A DNA stretch of 64,000 bases. Source: the human T2T-CHM13v2.0 reference genome, Homo sapiens. Location: NCBI RefSeq assembly GCF_009914755.1, contig NC_060937.1; one strand, written 5' to 3'. The first letter of the stretch is position 1. Each line of letters opens with the position of its first letter. The notes below the pieces were generated by a model, which did not search any database, had not been told where the DNA came from, and saw only the letters and a program-made list of their open reading frames with translations. Shown here piece after piece: positions 16,190 through 28,810 of the stretch. The position numbers and the translations under genes are program-made.

Positions 16190-16738
16190 CAAATCAAACT
16201 TTAGTTACCAAGGTCCATTAACCGTGAGTAATTTCACAAAGCACAAGCTTCACTGCTAGCTCTTCCCTCATGTTAATCACATTTAACTAAGAGGTAAACC
16301 TCATGCTCACAGACTAACCATGGCTCTTCTTTCTTTTTTTTTTAATTTTTTTTAAATTTTATTTATTTATTATTATTTTTTATTTTTTTATTATACTTTA
16401 AGTTCTAGGGTACATGTGCACAACGTGCAGGTTTATTACATATGTATACATGTGCCATGTTGGTGTGTTGCACCCATTAGATCTAGAGCTAGAGATACCA
16501 TTTGACCCAGCCATCCCATTACTGGGTATATACCCAAAGGATTATAAGTCATGCTGGTATAAGGCTCTTCTTTCAATGTCTGTTGGTGAAAGGTCACTGT
16601 GATTCTCTTTCTCAGTTCACACACAGACAGCCAAACATTTAATTGTGTTGTCTCCTTGTATCCTAATGCTATATTCATGTGACACTTAATTTAAAAATGG
16701 ATAAACAAATGAGAAAGTGACCCACAGAAATGAAGGTG

Positions 16739-16773
<35 letters not shown>

Positions 16774-17140
16774 AGAAGAAGAAAATAAAAATGATAATGC
16801 TGGAAGTGAACCAAATGTAAATGGAATTAGAGAAGAAATAGCTGACCCTGGGAGTGTTGACACTGTTGCTATTGGAGAGGCTCTGGATATACAACCAGAG
16901 GAATCTGACGAAGGTGGATTTATTGGCATAAATGAGAAAAGTGGTTTGACAAATAGGATGAATTTGTTCCAGAAGAAGTGATGTCTGCCAAAATTTTCAC
17001 AGTAAATTTACTCTAAAGCATTTCAAGACATTTGAAGTGCAAAGATAAAATACTGGAAGCCAATCCAAACTTGCAATGGAGTAGGACAATTCGTCAATGC
17101 ATAAGAAAATGTGCACTTTATATCACAAGTTATATGATAG
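16190..17140 (+). mobile_element. Tigger13a-like TcMar-Tigger DNA transposon, interrupted by a short L1
   Basis: aaaatggataaac...atgataatgctggaagtg...gaagaaatagctgaccctgggagtgttgacact...ggaagccaatccaaactt matches the recalled Tigger13a consensus; ORF 16730-16981 is its acidic transposase remnant. Confidence 0.6.
16334..16562 (-). mobile_element. Short L1PA insertion with 5' inversion (twin priming)
   Basis: T-rich tail + L1 3' end on minus (16334-16479), L1 piece on plus (16480-16562), perfect 12-bp TSD ggctcttctttc (16322-16333 / 16563-16574). Confidence 0.92.
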
Positions 17141-17648
17141 GCTCTTGTGAATGGTATCTTAATTTAGTAAGTTTCATAGCTATTTATTGTTAGCTTTGCA
17201 TAATATTATTATTTGTTGAATCTGATTTTAAGGTTGGCAAACATGCAAAAGACTCATTCTATGATTTGATTCTGTTTTGGAGGGGGAATAGATGACATAA
17301 GCTATAAATAATTACATTTTTATTTATTCTTGTCCAACCTTTACCTTCTTAGTTTTTAATTTTTCTCCCTTTATAGTGTTGAACAGAGTGCTGTAAATGT
17401 ATTAAACATAATCATGATACTGGTGACCCTTGTAATAACATTAACAGTAAATCTGACTGCAATTTAAAACCAGTGCCTTGAGAGAGAAAAGGCCATCTAG
17501 ATTTCTAGTTGGTCCTAAAATTATCTATTTGTAAAAATGAAAACCAGTAAAATAGAAAGTTATAAAATATTGGTTTTTAAGGAGTTTCGAATTTTTGTGT
17601 AGAATTTCCTCAATGCATCCTCATCTGTCATAGTGGAATTTAATCTTT

Positions 17649-18046
17649 TTTTTTTTTTTTTTCAGAAAGGGTTTCACTCTGTCACCGAAGCTGGAGTACA
17701 GTGGCGAGATTACAGCTCGCTGCAGTCTTCACATCCCAGGTTCAAGTGATCTTCACACAGCCTCCCAGGTAGCTGGGATCACAGGTAAGTGCCCACTCTT
17801 GGCTAAATTTTTGTAGACATGGGGTTTTGCCACATTGTCCAGGCTGGTCTTGAACTCCTGAGATCAAACAATCCTCCTGCCTCAGCCTGCTGAGTAGCTG
17901 GGACAACCTGCATGTACCACTACCCCTGGCTAATTTTTTTTTGTAGATACAGGGTCTTGCCATGTTGCCCACGCTGGTCTCGAATTCCTGGACTAAAGCA
18001 ATCTGGCCATCTCGGCCTCCCAACTTGCGTGAGCCACTGCACCTCC
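17649..18046 (-). mobile_element. AluJ-type element with three monomers
   Basis: Two left-arm-type segments plus one right arm inside one 15-bp TSD tggaatttaatcttt (17634-17648 / 18047-18061). Confidence 0.85.
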
Positions 18047-18789
18047 TGGAATTTAATCTTTATATCTGTCGTTAAGTGGTCCAGAAATTTTGGTTGTAAT
18101 CATGATTGCTATTTTTTTACTTGTTGTGTATATTATTTGTCTTTTATGTATGCCTTCTGACTCTTGAAAACTAAATATGGAAAATATGTCAGCTTTTCTT
18201 AAATATCACTAGATATTTAAATAAAATTGAATCCCCATTTTATAGTTTAGCCATGCAGTTTAACAAAACATGCTAGATTTTTCTCTGGGAAGAAAAAAGT
18301 AGAAAAATCAACCAAAATATGGTTGACAGAGGTTTGTTACATAATAAAAATGTCATGACACTAATTAGAGCAATATAATGTCTTAATATGATCTGGAATT
18401 TCACAATGTAGCATATAATAGAAATACAGATAAAATGGATGGTCAACGTATTAATATGAACATAATAAAAAGACAATATATTAGGGAAGAATATCCAAAG
18501 CATAAAATAAAAGAAAAAATAGAAATATAACTGTATCACATTATATCCACTTAATAGTATAATAGTAAGAATTATGGTTATATAAAATTAATAAAATGGA
18601 AAATGCTGGTGTAAAACATAAATACCAAGATTTATATGGCTTATATGATTTTTATCTATATAAAAATACACATTAAAACTTAAATGAAATGAACAATTGT
18701 TTAATCATCTTTGCCATTTTTTTCAAATTTTTCAAACTTTTACATTATTTAGTACATTTTCCATAATTAATTTTCCTTTTCTTTCTGTC

Positions 18790-19093
18790 TTTTTTGTTTG
18801 TTTGTTTTTGTTTCTGTTAGGTGAGGTCTGTCTCTGTCACCCAATACAGTGGCGTGATCTCAGCTCACTACAACTTCTGTCTCCTGGGCCCAAGTGATCC
18901 TCCTGCCTCAGACTCCCAAGTAACTGGGACTACAGGTGAACACCACCACACCTGGCTAAATTTTTATTCTTAGTAGAGATGGGGCCTTGCCACTTTGCCC
19001 AGACTGGTCCTGAACTCTTGGGGTCAAGCAATACTCCCACCTTGGCCACCTGTGATCTTCTGGGGTTACAAGAGTGAGCCACCACACCTGGCC
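18790..19093 (-). mobile_element. AluJ (Jb-like)
   Basis: Dimeric Alu with (TTTG)n tail, heavy CpG decay, ends gagccaccacacctggcc. Confidence 0.88.
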
Positions 19094-21608
19094 AACATGT
19101 ATTTCTTGATAATGTAAAAATTAGTAAAGAATTGACTTTTACAGTGGTCTTTAATTTGTATTAGCATATAAATTAAAGTTTTAGAATTTTTTTCTCCTTG
19201 TTTCCTATTATTAATTCTCATTAATTTAGTTATCTCATTTTTTTCTGGATATTTTTATCACTGTTATTATTTGTTGTTGTCTTGAGCGTACTGTTCCAAA
19301 ACCAGAACTATAGTCTAGCTTCTCTAATTATCTAGACTTTAGAAAGCAAAGGCATACAAAATTAGTTAAAAAATAACATTTACTGAGTTTTCATTGAAAT
19401 TTATATTCTGAGTGTTTCAGTAACTTTATACTGAGTGTTTCAATAATACATTTTCCACAATGACAGACTCTATGTCATAATTAAAACCAAAGAACTCAGA
19501 CATATTATTATCTACCATAATCACAGTTGCCCTCATAATGCTGACCTTTTAAATCTTAGTCTAACCCCTGATTTCTAAAGTTTGAATTTAATTTATGTAA
19601 TGTAAATAAAATCAATGGCTACATAATTAAAGATATCAAAACAATTTATTAAGGTTATAATTTCTTTAGGTTTGTTAATTTGCAAAGCTTGCTTTGATAA
19701 CATATTCATGCTGTGAAGTGATAATGCCAATAATCAGTAACTATCTACTAAAAGAGTCACTAATTTACATTGTCATTTAAGTAACATATATATTTAAAAG
19801 GCAAACATAATCTTCCACAGTTTGATTGAGCAATAAAGATTTTATTATATTATTAAAAAGCAATGTTTTCCAAAAATAAATAATTGATAGATAACATATT
19901 TAGAATAAAGAAATTATTTATATTTATTGATTTTAAGTACTGATTGCTAGGTTCACAGATATGAATTATGATTATTCCAATCATTCAACACAACTTAAAA
20001 ACCATTTTGCCAAAAATGTTTATTTCAGGTATATTTTAATTTTCTAATTGTTGAATTTTCCAACTGGAAGTAAAAAAATATTGCCATGATCTCACATTTT
20101 GTTTTGCTGCTACAATATTTTACAGCTAAATGGTATCTTACTGCACTCTGGATTATTATTTTCAGTTTTCCACCAAAGTAGCACTTTCACTTCTTGTAAT
20201 ATTTGCTGTTACATGGAAAATAAAAAGGATCATTATATCTTATTTATTAATACCAAAATATCATTTTTGATTTAGAAAAAATGACCTTCACACACAACTT
20301 TGACCACCACAAATACATATACTATGATTTTTACTTGGAGTATAATCAAAACTTGAAACAGGAGTGAGCAAGTGGGAATATCTGAATCCTTAAAAACAGA
20401 TTTGCCCTGATTTTATTTAGAGATTTTATTTAGAGAATTGTTTATATATAAACTAAACTGAAAAAATGACCACCGTAATTGTTATAAATAGCCCCAAATA
20501 TCATTAATTACATCTAGTGTAATGCATAACATGTAATGACTTTAACATATAACAACATATTAATATATGTAATTAAAACACAGCATAAATAACATCTCGC
20601 ATTCTTTTGTCTTAAACATGTATTTCTATTTTGCTTTTTGGTTGGCCTTTTGAATCACAGACCACCATTGAAATCCATTTCTTGTTGAATGTCTTATGAA
20701 TATAAATTCCAATTTAAATATAATTATTATGTCATTTATTATTTGGTTTTAACACATGAAGCAAAAAAATTTGTTTAAAGTTTTCAAAAAGTACTAATGC
20801 CAAACATGCGTCCTTTCTTTGCATAATTTGCCTTTTATATTTTTGAAGACAAAGATAAAAATTTTGATCATGCTTTTATATTTTTATTTAGGAATTAATT
20901 GTTCAAACACCAAATTTTTAATTATAAATTTCCAAAATGAAAACATGGGACAATTACCAAAAAATGAACAGGAAGATGAAATCACAGTTTTATAACTTAT
21001 TAGCCACAGAAGAATATTTCTGAAAATCTGTCAGATATCCATCCTATCCCTATATTTATTTAATAATAATTACATAGATTATGGTTAATAAATCAGCTTT
21101 TTAAAAAGTGTAAAACTGTGAATGTTAAAGTCCTATTCAATTACCAAGAAACATTACTCAACTTGAGATTTATTAGTTGAATAACTAAATGATTTTTTTG
21201 CAGTATCTTGAGAACTGCAAATCATATTGAAATATCCTTAACAATTAAATACTTTTTGACTTTTTGATTTGAAGTAGATAAAATGTAAGAAATATATTGA
21301 ATGTAAAATGTTTTTCAAGGCTAAGTTAGGGCATAACATAAATTATCTGTGCATATATTGAATAACCTCCAAAATTGATTTCACATTACTACTAGCTGAA
21401 TTGAAGAGGTTTCCATTGCCTATGGAAACACTGAGTACTCTAATAGAGTCTTCATCTCATTCCATTCAGAATGATGAATATGACTAAAAACATTAACAAA
21501 AGAATAAATTAAACAAAGTCACAAAATTTGTGACATGTTAAATGGTTGGGTCATTTATATATTGAACAAAGTTATAGGCCTTTCCAAATATGGGCACATG
21601 GAATAATG

Positions 21609-21610
<2 letters not shown>

Positions 21611-21643
<33 letters not shown>
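21611..21643. repeat. (TA)n microsatellite
   Basis: About 16 perfect AT units. Confidence 0.95.
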
Positions 21644-21645
<2 letters not shown>

Positions 21646-22681
21646 GTATATATTTAGTTTATCATTTAATGATTTCTCATAAACCTCTCAGAATCTAGAA
21701 CATAATGGATGCCATTATTGTCACTTTGAATTACATATTTATCTTCCAATTCGCTGTCACTCTACCCTATGTTCGGTAATTTTAAAAAATTATTGATAAA
21801 TATACCAAACAGTATCAAAATATTTCAACAATATTTATTCCATAGTTGTCAGTATATATTCTAGTTTGACTAATGCCTCAAATTCACAACAGTAGAAAAA
21901 ACTATAAAATATTTTTAATGTGAATGTATCTTCAAGACTTTTAAAATTTATTTTATTTTTCAAGTGCTTTTTTGGCACCATACTATTTTTTATTGATACA
22001 TAATATTTATACATATTTATGGGGCACATGTGATATTTTATTATATGCATAGTATGTGTAATGATCAAGTCAGACTATCTGGGGTATCAATTACCTTGAG
22101 TATCATTTGTATGCGTTGGGAGCATCTCAAGTCCTATTAGCTTTTTTGAAATATACAAACCATTGATATTGATTATAGTCACCCTACTCTGCAAATATGA
22201 AAACTTATTCCTTCTTCTAACTGTATATTTGTACCCATTAATCAACCTCTTTTTATCCCCCCCTTCCAAATATACTTTCCATTATCTGGTGTCCATCATT
22301 CTACTCTATCTTCACGAGATCAACTTTTTAAACTCCCAAATACGAGTAAGAAGATGTAATATTTGTCTTTCTGAGCCTGACTTTTTTCACTTAACACAAT
22401 GGTCTCCAGTTTCATTCATCCCTGCTCCAGCTGCAAAAACATGATTTTATTCTTTTTAATGATTAAATAATTTTCCAGTGTGTATATATACTATATTTTA
22501 TTTATCCATTCTTCCATTAATGGACTTTTAGGTTGATTCCATATCTTTGCTATCATGAATAGTGCTGCAATACATTTGTGATTGCAGGTATCCCTTTTAT
22601 ATACTGACTTATTTTTCTTTAAATAAATACCTGGTAGCAAGATGACTGAATTGTGTGGCTCTAGTTTTAGGGGTTTTTTGT

Positions 22682-23891
22682 GTTTTTTTTTTTCTTTTAT
22701 AAAATTATACTGTAACTTCTGGGATACATGTACAGAACGTGCAGTTTTGTTACATAGGTATACACCTGCCATGGTGGTTTGCTGCACCCATCAACCCCCG
22801 TCACCTACATTAGGTATTTCTCCTAATGCTATCCCTCCCCTAGTCCCTCGCCCCTTATCAGGCCCCGAAGGGTGATGTTTCCCTCCGTGTCCATGTGTTC
22901 TCATTGTTCAACTCCCACTTATGGGTGAGAACATGCAGTGTTTGGTTTTCTGTTCTTGTGTTACTTTGCTGAGAATGACGGTTTCCAGCTTTATCCATGT
23001 CCCTGCCAAGGACATGAACTCATCGTTTTTATGGCTGCATAGTATTCCATGGTGTATATGTGCCACATTTTCTTTATCCAGTCTATCACTGATGGACATT
23101 TGGGTTGGTTCCAAGTCTTTACTACTGTGAATAGTGCCACAATAAACATACGTGTGCATGTGTCTTTATAGTAGAATGATTTATAATCCTTTGGGTATAT
23201 ACCCAGTAATGGGATTGCTGGTTCAAATGGTATTTCTAGTTCTAGATCCTTGAGGAATTGCCACAGTCCTCTAGTTCTAGATCCTTGAGGGATTGTCTTC
23301 CACAATGGTTGAACTAATTCACACTCCCACCAACAGTGTAAAAGCATTTCTATTTCTCCACATCCTCTCCAGCATCTGTTGTTTCCTGACTTTTTAATGA
23401 TCGGCATTCTAACTGGTATGAGATGGTATCTCATTGTGGTTTTGATTTGCATTTCTCTAATGACCAGTGATGATGAACTTTTTTTCATATATTTGTTGGC
23501 TGCATAAATGTCTTCTCTTGAGAAGTATCTGTTCATATCCTTCGTCCACTTTTTGATGGAGTTTTTTTTTTTCTTGTAAATTTGTTTAAGTTCTTTATAG
23601 ATTCTGGATATTAGCCCTTTGTCAGATGGATAGATTGCAAAAATTTTCTCCCATTCTGTAGGGTTGCCTGTTCAATCTGCTGGTAGTTTCTTTTGCTGTG
23701 CAGAAGCACTTTAGTCTAATTAGATCACATTTGTCAATTTTGGCTTTTGCTGCCGTTGCTTTTGGTGTGTTAGACATTAAGCCTTTGCCCATGCCTATGT
23801 CCTGAATGGTATTGCCTAGGTTTTCTTCTAGGATTTTTATGGTTTTAGGTCTTATGTTTAAGTCTTTAATTTATCTTGAGTTAATTTTTGT
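22682..23891 (-). mobile_element. 5'-truncated L1PA7-type element
   Basis: 3'UTR ctgggatacatgtacagaacgtgcag...tatttctcctaatgctatccctcccctag; ORF 22991-23536 is the ORF2p C-terminus. Confidence 0.9.
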
Positions 23892-24199
23892 CCTCGTATG
23901 GTTTTCCATATTAGCTGTACTAATTTACATTCCAAGTAACAGTGTGTGTTTCCTTTTCTCTACATCCTTACCAATATCTGTTATTCTTTACCATTTTAAT
24001 AATAGCCATTCTAACTGGGTAAGATGTCTCACTGTGGTTTGATTTACATTTCTCTGATGTTAAACATGTTTTCATATACATGTTTGCTATTTGTATGTCT
24101 TCTTTTGAGAAATATATATTCAAATTTTTTGCCCACATTTTAATAGGATTACTCGTGGGGGTTATTTTTACTGTTTAGTTGTTTGAGTTCCTATTATTA

Positions 24200-24535
24200 G
24201 AATATATTAGAATATAACTATTATTATTATATATACTATAATTATATATATAAAATATATTATATTATATATTATAATGTATTATATATTACAATATATA
24301 TTATAATATATAATATATTACAATATATATTATAATATATAATATATTACAATATATATTATAATATATAATATATTACAATATATATTATTACAATATA
24401 TAATATATATTACAATATATATTATTATAATATATACTGCAATATATATTATTATAATATATACTATATAATAATTATATAGTATATATTATAATAATAT
24501 ATAATTATTATTATATATTAGAATATAACTAATAT
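24200..24535. repeat. AT-rich minisatellite / low-complexity expansion with a 29-bp core unit
   Basis: acaatatatattataatatataatatatt repeated with 'aca' at 24291, 24320, 24349 and 24378. Confidence 0.9.
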
Positions 24536-25015
24536 TCTAGATATTAGTTGGATAAATAATTTGCAAATATCTTCTCCCATTCAGTAGGTTGTGGCTTCAC
24601 TTTGTTGATTATTTCCTTTGTTATGCAGATGGTTTTTACTCTAATACAGTCCCATTTGTCTATTTGTCTTTTTGTGGTCTATGCTTTTGTTGTCTTAGCC
24701 ATAAAACCTTTGCCTAGAACAATGTCCTAAAATATTCTTCTTATGTTTTCTTTCAGTATTTTTTACAGATTCAGGTCTTACACGTAACTGCTTAATCCAT
24801 CTTGAGTTGATTTTTACATATGGTGAGAGATAGGGGTCCAGTTTCGTTTATCTGCATATGAATATTCAATTTTCCCAGAACCATTTATTAAAGAGGGTGG
24901 CCTTTCCTTTCTGCAATGTATGTTCTTGGAATCTCTGAAAAATAAGTACATTGGCTGTAACTGTGGATTTATTTCTGGGTCCTCTATTGTATTTCATGAT
25001 CTCTGAATGATTGCG

Positions 25016-25042
25016 ATATATATATATATATATATATATATA
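25016..25042. repeat. (TA)n microsatellite
   Basis: Direct observation. Confidence 0.9.
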
Positions 25043-25667
25043 CTGTCTACTGTCTTCTAAAGGATGAGTAAGTTCGTGGAATATCCTAATATGACATGAA
25101 CTCCTTTATGTAGTTTTCCTAGAGAAGTTTAGGTTTAATTTTTCAGAATCAATATGTAAATATTAAATCAATCATATAAACAAAATTTTATAAAACACCT
25201 ACTTTGTGACAGGCATAGGACAGCTGTCACACACATGTTGAAACCAAACAGAAATAGTTATGTAGAGATAGGCTATTTGAAAGAAAATATACAGATAAAT
25301 GATTCCTCATAAATGTTGTCAATCCTACAAAGCAAAGAAGCAGAGTAATAATAATGATACCATGAATGATGACTTTCTTTTCCATGTATAAATAAGAGAT
25401 TAACATGATATTTTTTTAAAATAATTTTTTATACTTTTAGATAATTTATTGCATAGGGTAAGAAAAGTGGAAGCAGAAAATCAGGAGAAAGAAAGATAAT
25501 ATTACTGACAGAAAAATCCATCATTAATAAGAAGGTAGAGAAGGAGGTGCCTTTACATATGGATATTAAATCATTCTAAAATCTTGCCTAAAACCACATT
25601 TCCACCATATACATTCTATCACGCTCCGTGCTCCAGCTGATCACACTCTGCTTCAACCGTACTATAT

Positions 25668-26202
25668 ATATTGGTTATCTATTACCGTGTAACAATTTAC
25701 CTAACAATTAGAGACTTTATACATAATATTTATTATCTCACATATTCTATGAGTCAGAAATCTGAATGTGGCTTAGCTGGGTAACTCTGCCTTAGCTTCT
25801 CTCATGAGGTTGAAACTAAGGTGTCTGAGGCATGGTCTCAAATGAAGCTTTGACTGAGGGAGGATTCATGCCAAGATTACATGAAATTGTTGGAATGCTT
25901 GAATTCCTTGCTGACTATTGGCTGGAGGCCTACTTTATTTTCTTATTTTGTTTTATTGTTTGTTTGTTTCTCCTTGATATAGGGCATCTCACAATATGGT
26001 GGCTGGCTTCCCTCAGAATAAGAGTTAATGAGAGCAAGTGAGAAGGAAACCAGAGATCTTTCATAACCTAATGTCAGAAGAGACATCCCATCACTTTTAC
26101 TGTGTTCAGATTTTAAAAGCGAATCACTAGGTTCAGCTCATACTCGAGGGTGAGGATTCCTCAGGGGTAATATTGGGGACATATTTAGAAGCTGCCCACC
26201 AC
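25668..26202 (-). mobile_element. MLT1 (F/G/H-type) LTR
   Basis: tattggttatctattaccgtgtaacaatttacc...tcagaaatctgaatgtggcttagctggg...ttagaagctgcccaccaca. Confidence 0.75.
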
Positions 26203-26214
26203 ACCATGATTGAC

Positions 26215-26602
26215 TTTATTTTTAAACCAATTTACTAAGGTGTGATAGACAGGTTAAAGCTGTGTGTATTTAATGTATACAACTAGATGAGTTTGAGGAT
26301 AAATATCCATCTGTGAAACCATCTCCTCCATCAAGGTCATACACGTGTCCATTATCTTCCATAGTTTACTCCCATCCCTTTATTATTAATGTCAAAGTCA
26401 CAGAAGCAGAGAGTAGAATGGTGGATAACAGGAGTTGGGGTGGCGGGAATGGGGAGATAGTGTCAAAGGGTATGAACTTTCAGTTATGCAAGATAAGAAG
26501 TTCTGGAGATCCACTATGCAGCAGAGTGCCTAAGGTTATCAATACTGTATTGTATACTTAAAATGTACTAAAAAGGTAGATCTTATGTTTAGCGCCCTTA
26601 CC
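26215..26602 (-). mobile_element. Ancient L1MB-type 3' end with 5' inversion
   Basis: Minus-strand L1 terminus 26215-26388 abuts the plus-strand upstream segment 26389-26602 (agaagcagagagtagaatggtgg...ggtagatcttatgtt...cttacc). Confidence 0.7.
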
Positions 26603-26626
26603 TCTTTTTAATTTACAATTCACTTT

Positions 26627-26738
26627 TATAGTGAAAACTATTCCTGGTTTGACCGTGACTGCCCAATTTTTAGCACTAAAATACTGAATCCTGAGAAACC
26701 CTTTGGTCCCAGCCCATTGGGAATGGTTGATTAGCCTA
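26627..26738 (+). mobile_element. MER81 hAT-Blackjack MITE
   Basis: tcctggtttgaccgtgactgccc...ttttagcactaaa...tcctgagaaaccc...gtccc...ggttgattagccta. Confidence 0.65.
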
Positions 26739-26759
26739 CTTACAATGTCAAAGCTCTGA

Positions 26760-27080
26760 ATTCTATATAGAGGCTTCTTCCTAGATTGTCTTAATAGCCT
26801 TCTTTTACTACTAGCACATACTACTCAAACTATAAGACCCCTTTTGATATTTTCTTTTTCAAGAATCCTCCCTGTCTTCCCTTAAAGATTAATGGTCCTT
26901 CACAATTCTAGAACATTCTTGTAGTAATGCTATGCAAGTACTCTTTCATTCTGCTTTTATAAAGAGTTGTGTCTTTTTTTCCCTACAGACTAGAATTCTG
27001 AGAGAGCCATGACAGTTGATTCACTTTTGGTTTTATGGTACCTAGCTCAGTGATTAGTAATTTTTCAAAAAGAATATGCA
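26760..27080 (+). mobile_element. Degraded L2 3' region
   Basis: cagactagaattctgagagagccatgac...ttcacttttg...tacctagctcagtg. Confidence 0.4.
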
Positions 27081-28338
27081 TTTTATGGAAAAGGAGACAT
27101 GATATCAGAAAGCTAAAGAAAAATGTTCAAATTCATTCAGCCAGTAAATGGAGAAAAAAGATCTGCAGTGGCACTGATATCTACCAGAGATATTAATGAT
27201 GAGTTATGCACAGATTTATATTTTAAAATTTCCTGTTCCAAACAATGACCTGTCCAAAACTGTATAGTAAACCATTTAAAAAGCCTGCATATTTTTAGAC
27301 ACCAAGAAACATAATAATTAAAAAATAACACTTTTGCAGAAAATAGGGATATTTCACATTTAGTGTTGATGTCAGACCCTGCATATGGAAAAGTCACATT
27401 ATTAGAATGACATTAATCAAACATCCGGAGCTTTCTGCATAAGCACTGGTGGTTTACAAATATAGGTGCATTAGGATTAGGTAAAATTACTTTCAAAACT
27501 GTATTATCCAACCCAATGAGCAGGCGCCAGCTGGAGTTTAACATTTTTTTCCAGATTGTCCTATATTATTTGGATTTTGAGCAATTGTTCACATACATAA
27601 TACTGGGGCTGGAGTAGAGAGTGTAACTTTAATGCAAGAACGAACAATGATTCTTCCAGGTTTATGAGTAGATAACAGAGGTTAAAGAATGCTAAAGCAT
27701 AGTGGTAGAAGGAAGGAGACAATTTATCAGAATAAACAAGTTTTAGGAGTAGCAAAATGAGATTGCTACCCTCCCTCAGTGCAACTTAATAATTCAGTAG
27801 TGTATTAAGAAAGATGATGGATTTGAAGGCAATTTTGTATATTGACAAATAGCAAGGATGTGATATTCAAGGCTATGACTGTAATCTTCCAAATTATGAA
27901 CAGGGACATCAACAGTGTACTGACTGGGAAAAACTTAGATTTAGTAATTCTTCAATAAACCAATTGAATCAGTGCCCAGGCTCTAGATCCAAATACCTCA
28001 GGTTGCTTCTTAGGTGTTCTCTTTATTTCTTCAGCCAAAAAGTATTTGGATATTCTATTCTAGTAACTGAGTGCATTCTAACTGCATAAAATCATTCTAT
28101 GTTAAAATCATTATAGATTTAATTAGCAACAACCTTTGAATGAAATTGAAAATGAATTTACCTTTATAACCATATTCTTGAAGATCAATCAACTTTAAAC
28201 AGGACTACATGCAGGCTTACTGATAATTTGGCATTTAAAGTATAAACAAGTATAATATTTAAATGGCAAAAACAAACTAAGATGGATTAATCCTAAGAAG
28301 AGAAATCCTCTTTTTATTCTGAGTAAGACTATATTGGA

Positions 28339-28349
28339 TACACACACAT

Positions 28350-28386
<37 letters not shown>
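28339..28386. repeat. (CA)n microsatellite
   Basis: Direct observation, one interruption. Confidence 0.95.
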
Positions 28387-28391
<5 letters not shown>

Positions 28392-28796
28392 TTTCTTAGT
28401 TATAGGTTTTTAGTAATATTTAATGCATTAAAAGTATAATACAAATATTTAGTCAATAGCAGAGGCTTATTGGCCTGTGATATTAGGTGATGTATAATGG
28501 CCAGAAATCATTTACATTAGTGTTTTCAGGTGATAATGGAGTAAAATTAGAGTAATTTTTGCTCTGTCATCTTATGAACAGTATGAATGACACTTATCAA
28601 ACTATATTTACTTAGGTATATATTTTCCTAAATAGTCTCGCTTTATCTTTAATGAGAACAACAGAATAAGAAACCAAGACAGAACATTCAGTCACTATTT
28701 TTCACTGTGGTTAATCGTTGAAACCATTAATGAGACCCCTTGTGCTTTTCTGGCTATCTCTAGCTTGAACTTGATCAGCAAACTTTGTCTGCATTA

Positions 28797-28810
28797 GTAG
28801 CCATGGCAAC
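28797..28810. promoter_or_regulatory. Candidate RFX X-box
   Basis: GTAGCCATGGCAAC, 13/14 to the palindromic GTTGCCATGGCAAC, in apparently non-repetitive DNA; motif only. Confidence 0.3.

Larger units (their letters stand above)
21985..24995 (-). mobile_element. L1MA (about MA3-5) 3' region, host to an L1PA7 and an AT minisatellite
   Basis: ttttattgatacataatatttatacatatttatggggcacatgtgatattt... typical L1MA 3' end; host resumes at 23892 and at ~24532. Confidence 0.85.

Noticed and set aside
16675-16981. Poly-K/acidic and poly-F ORFs
   Set aside because: Produced by a poly(A) tract plus decayed Tigger sequence
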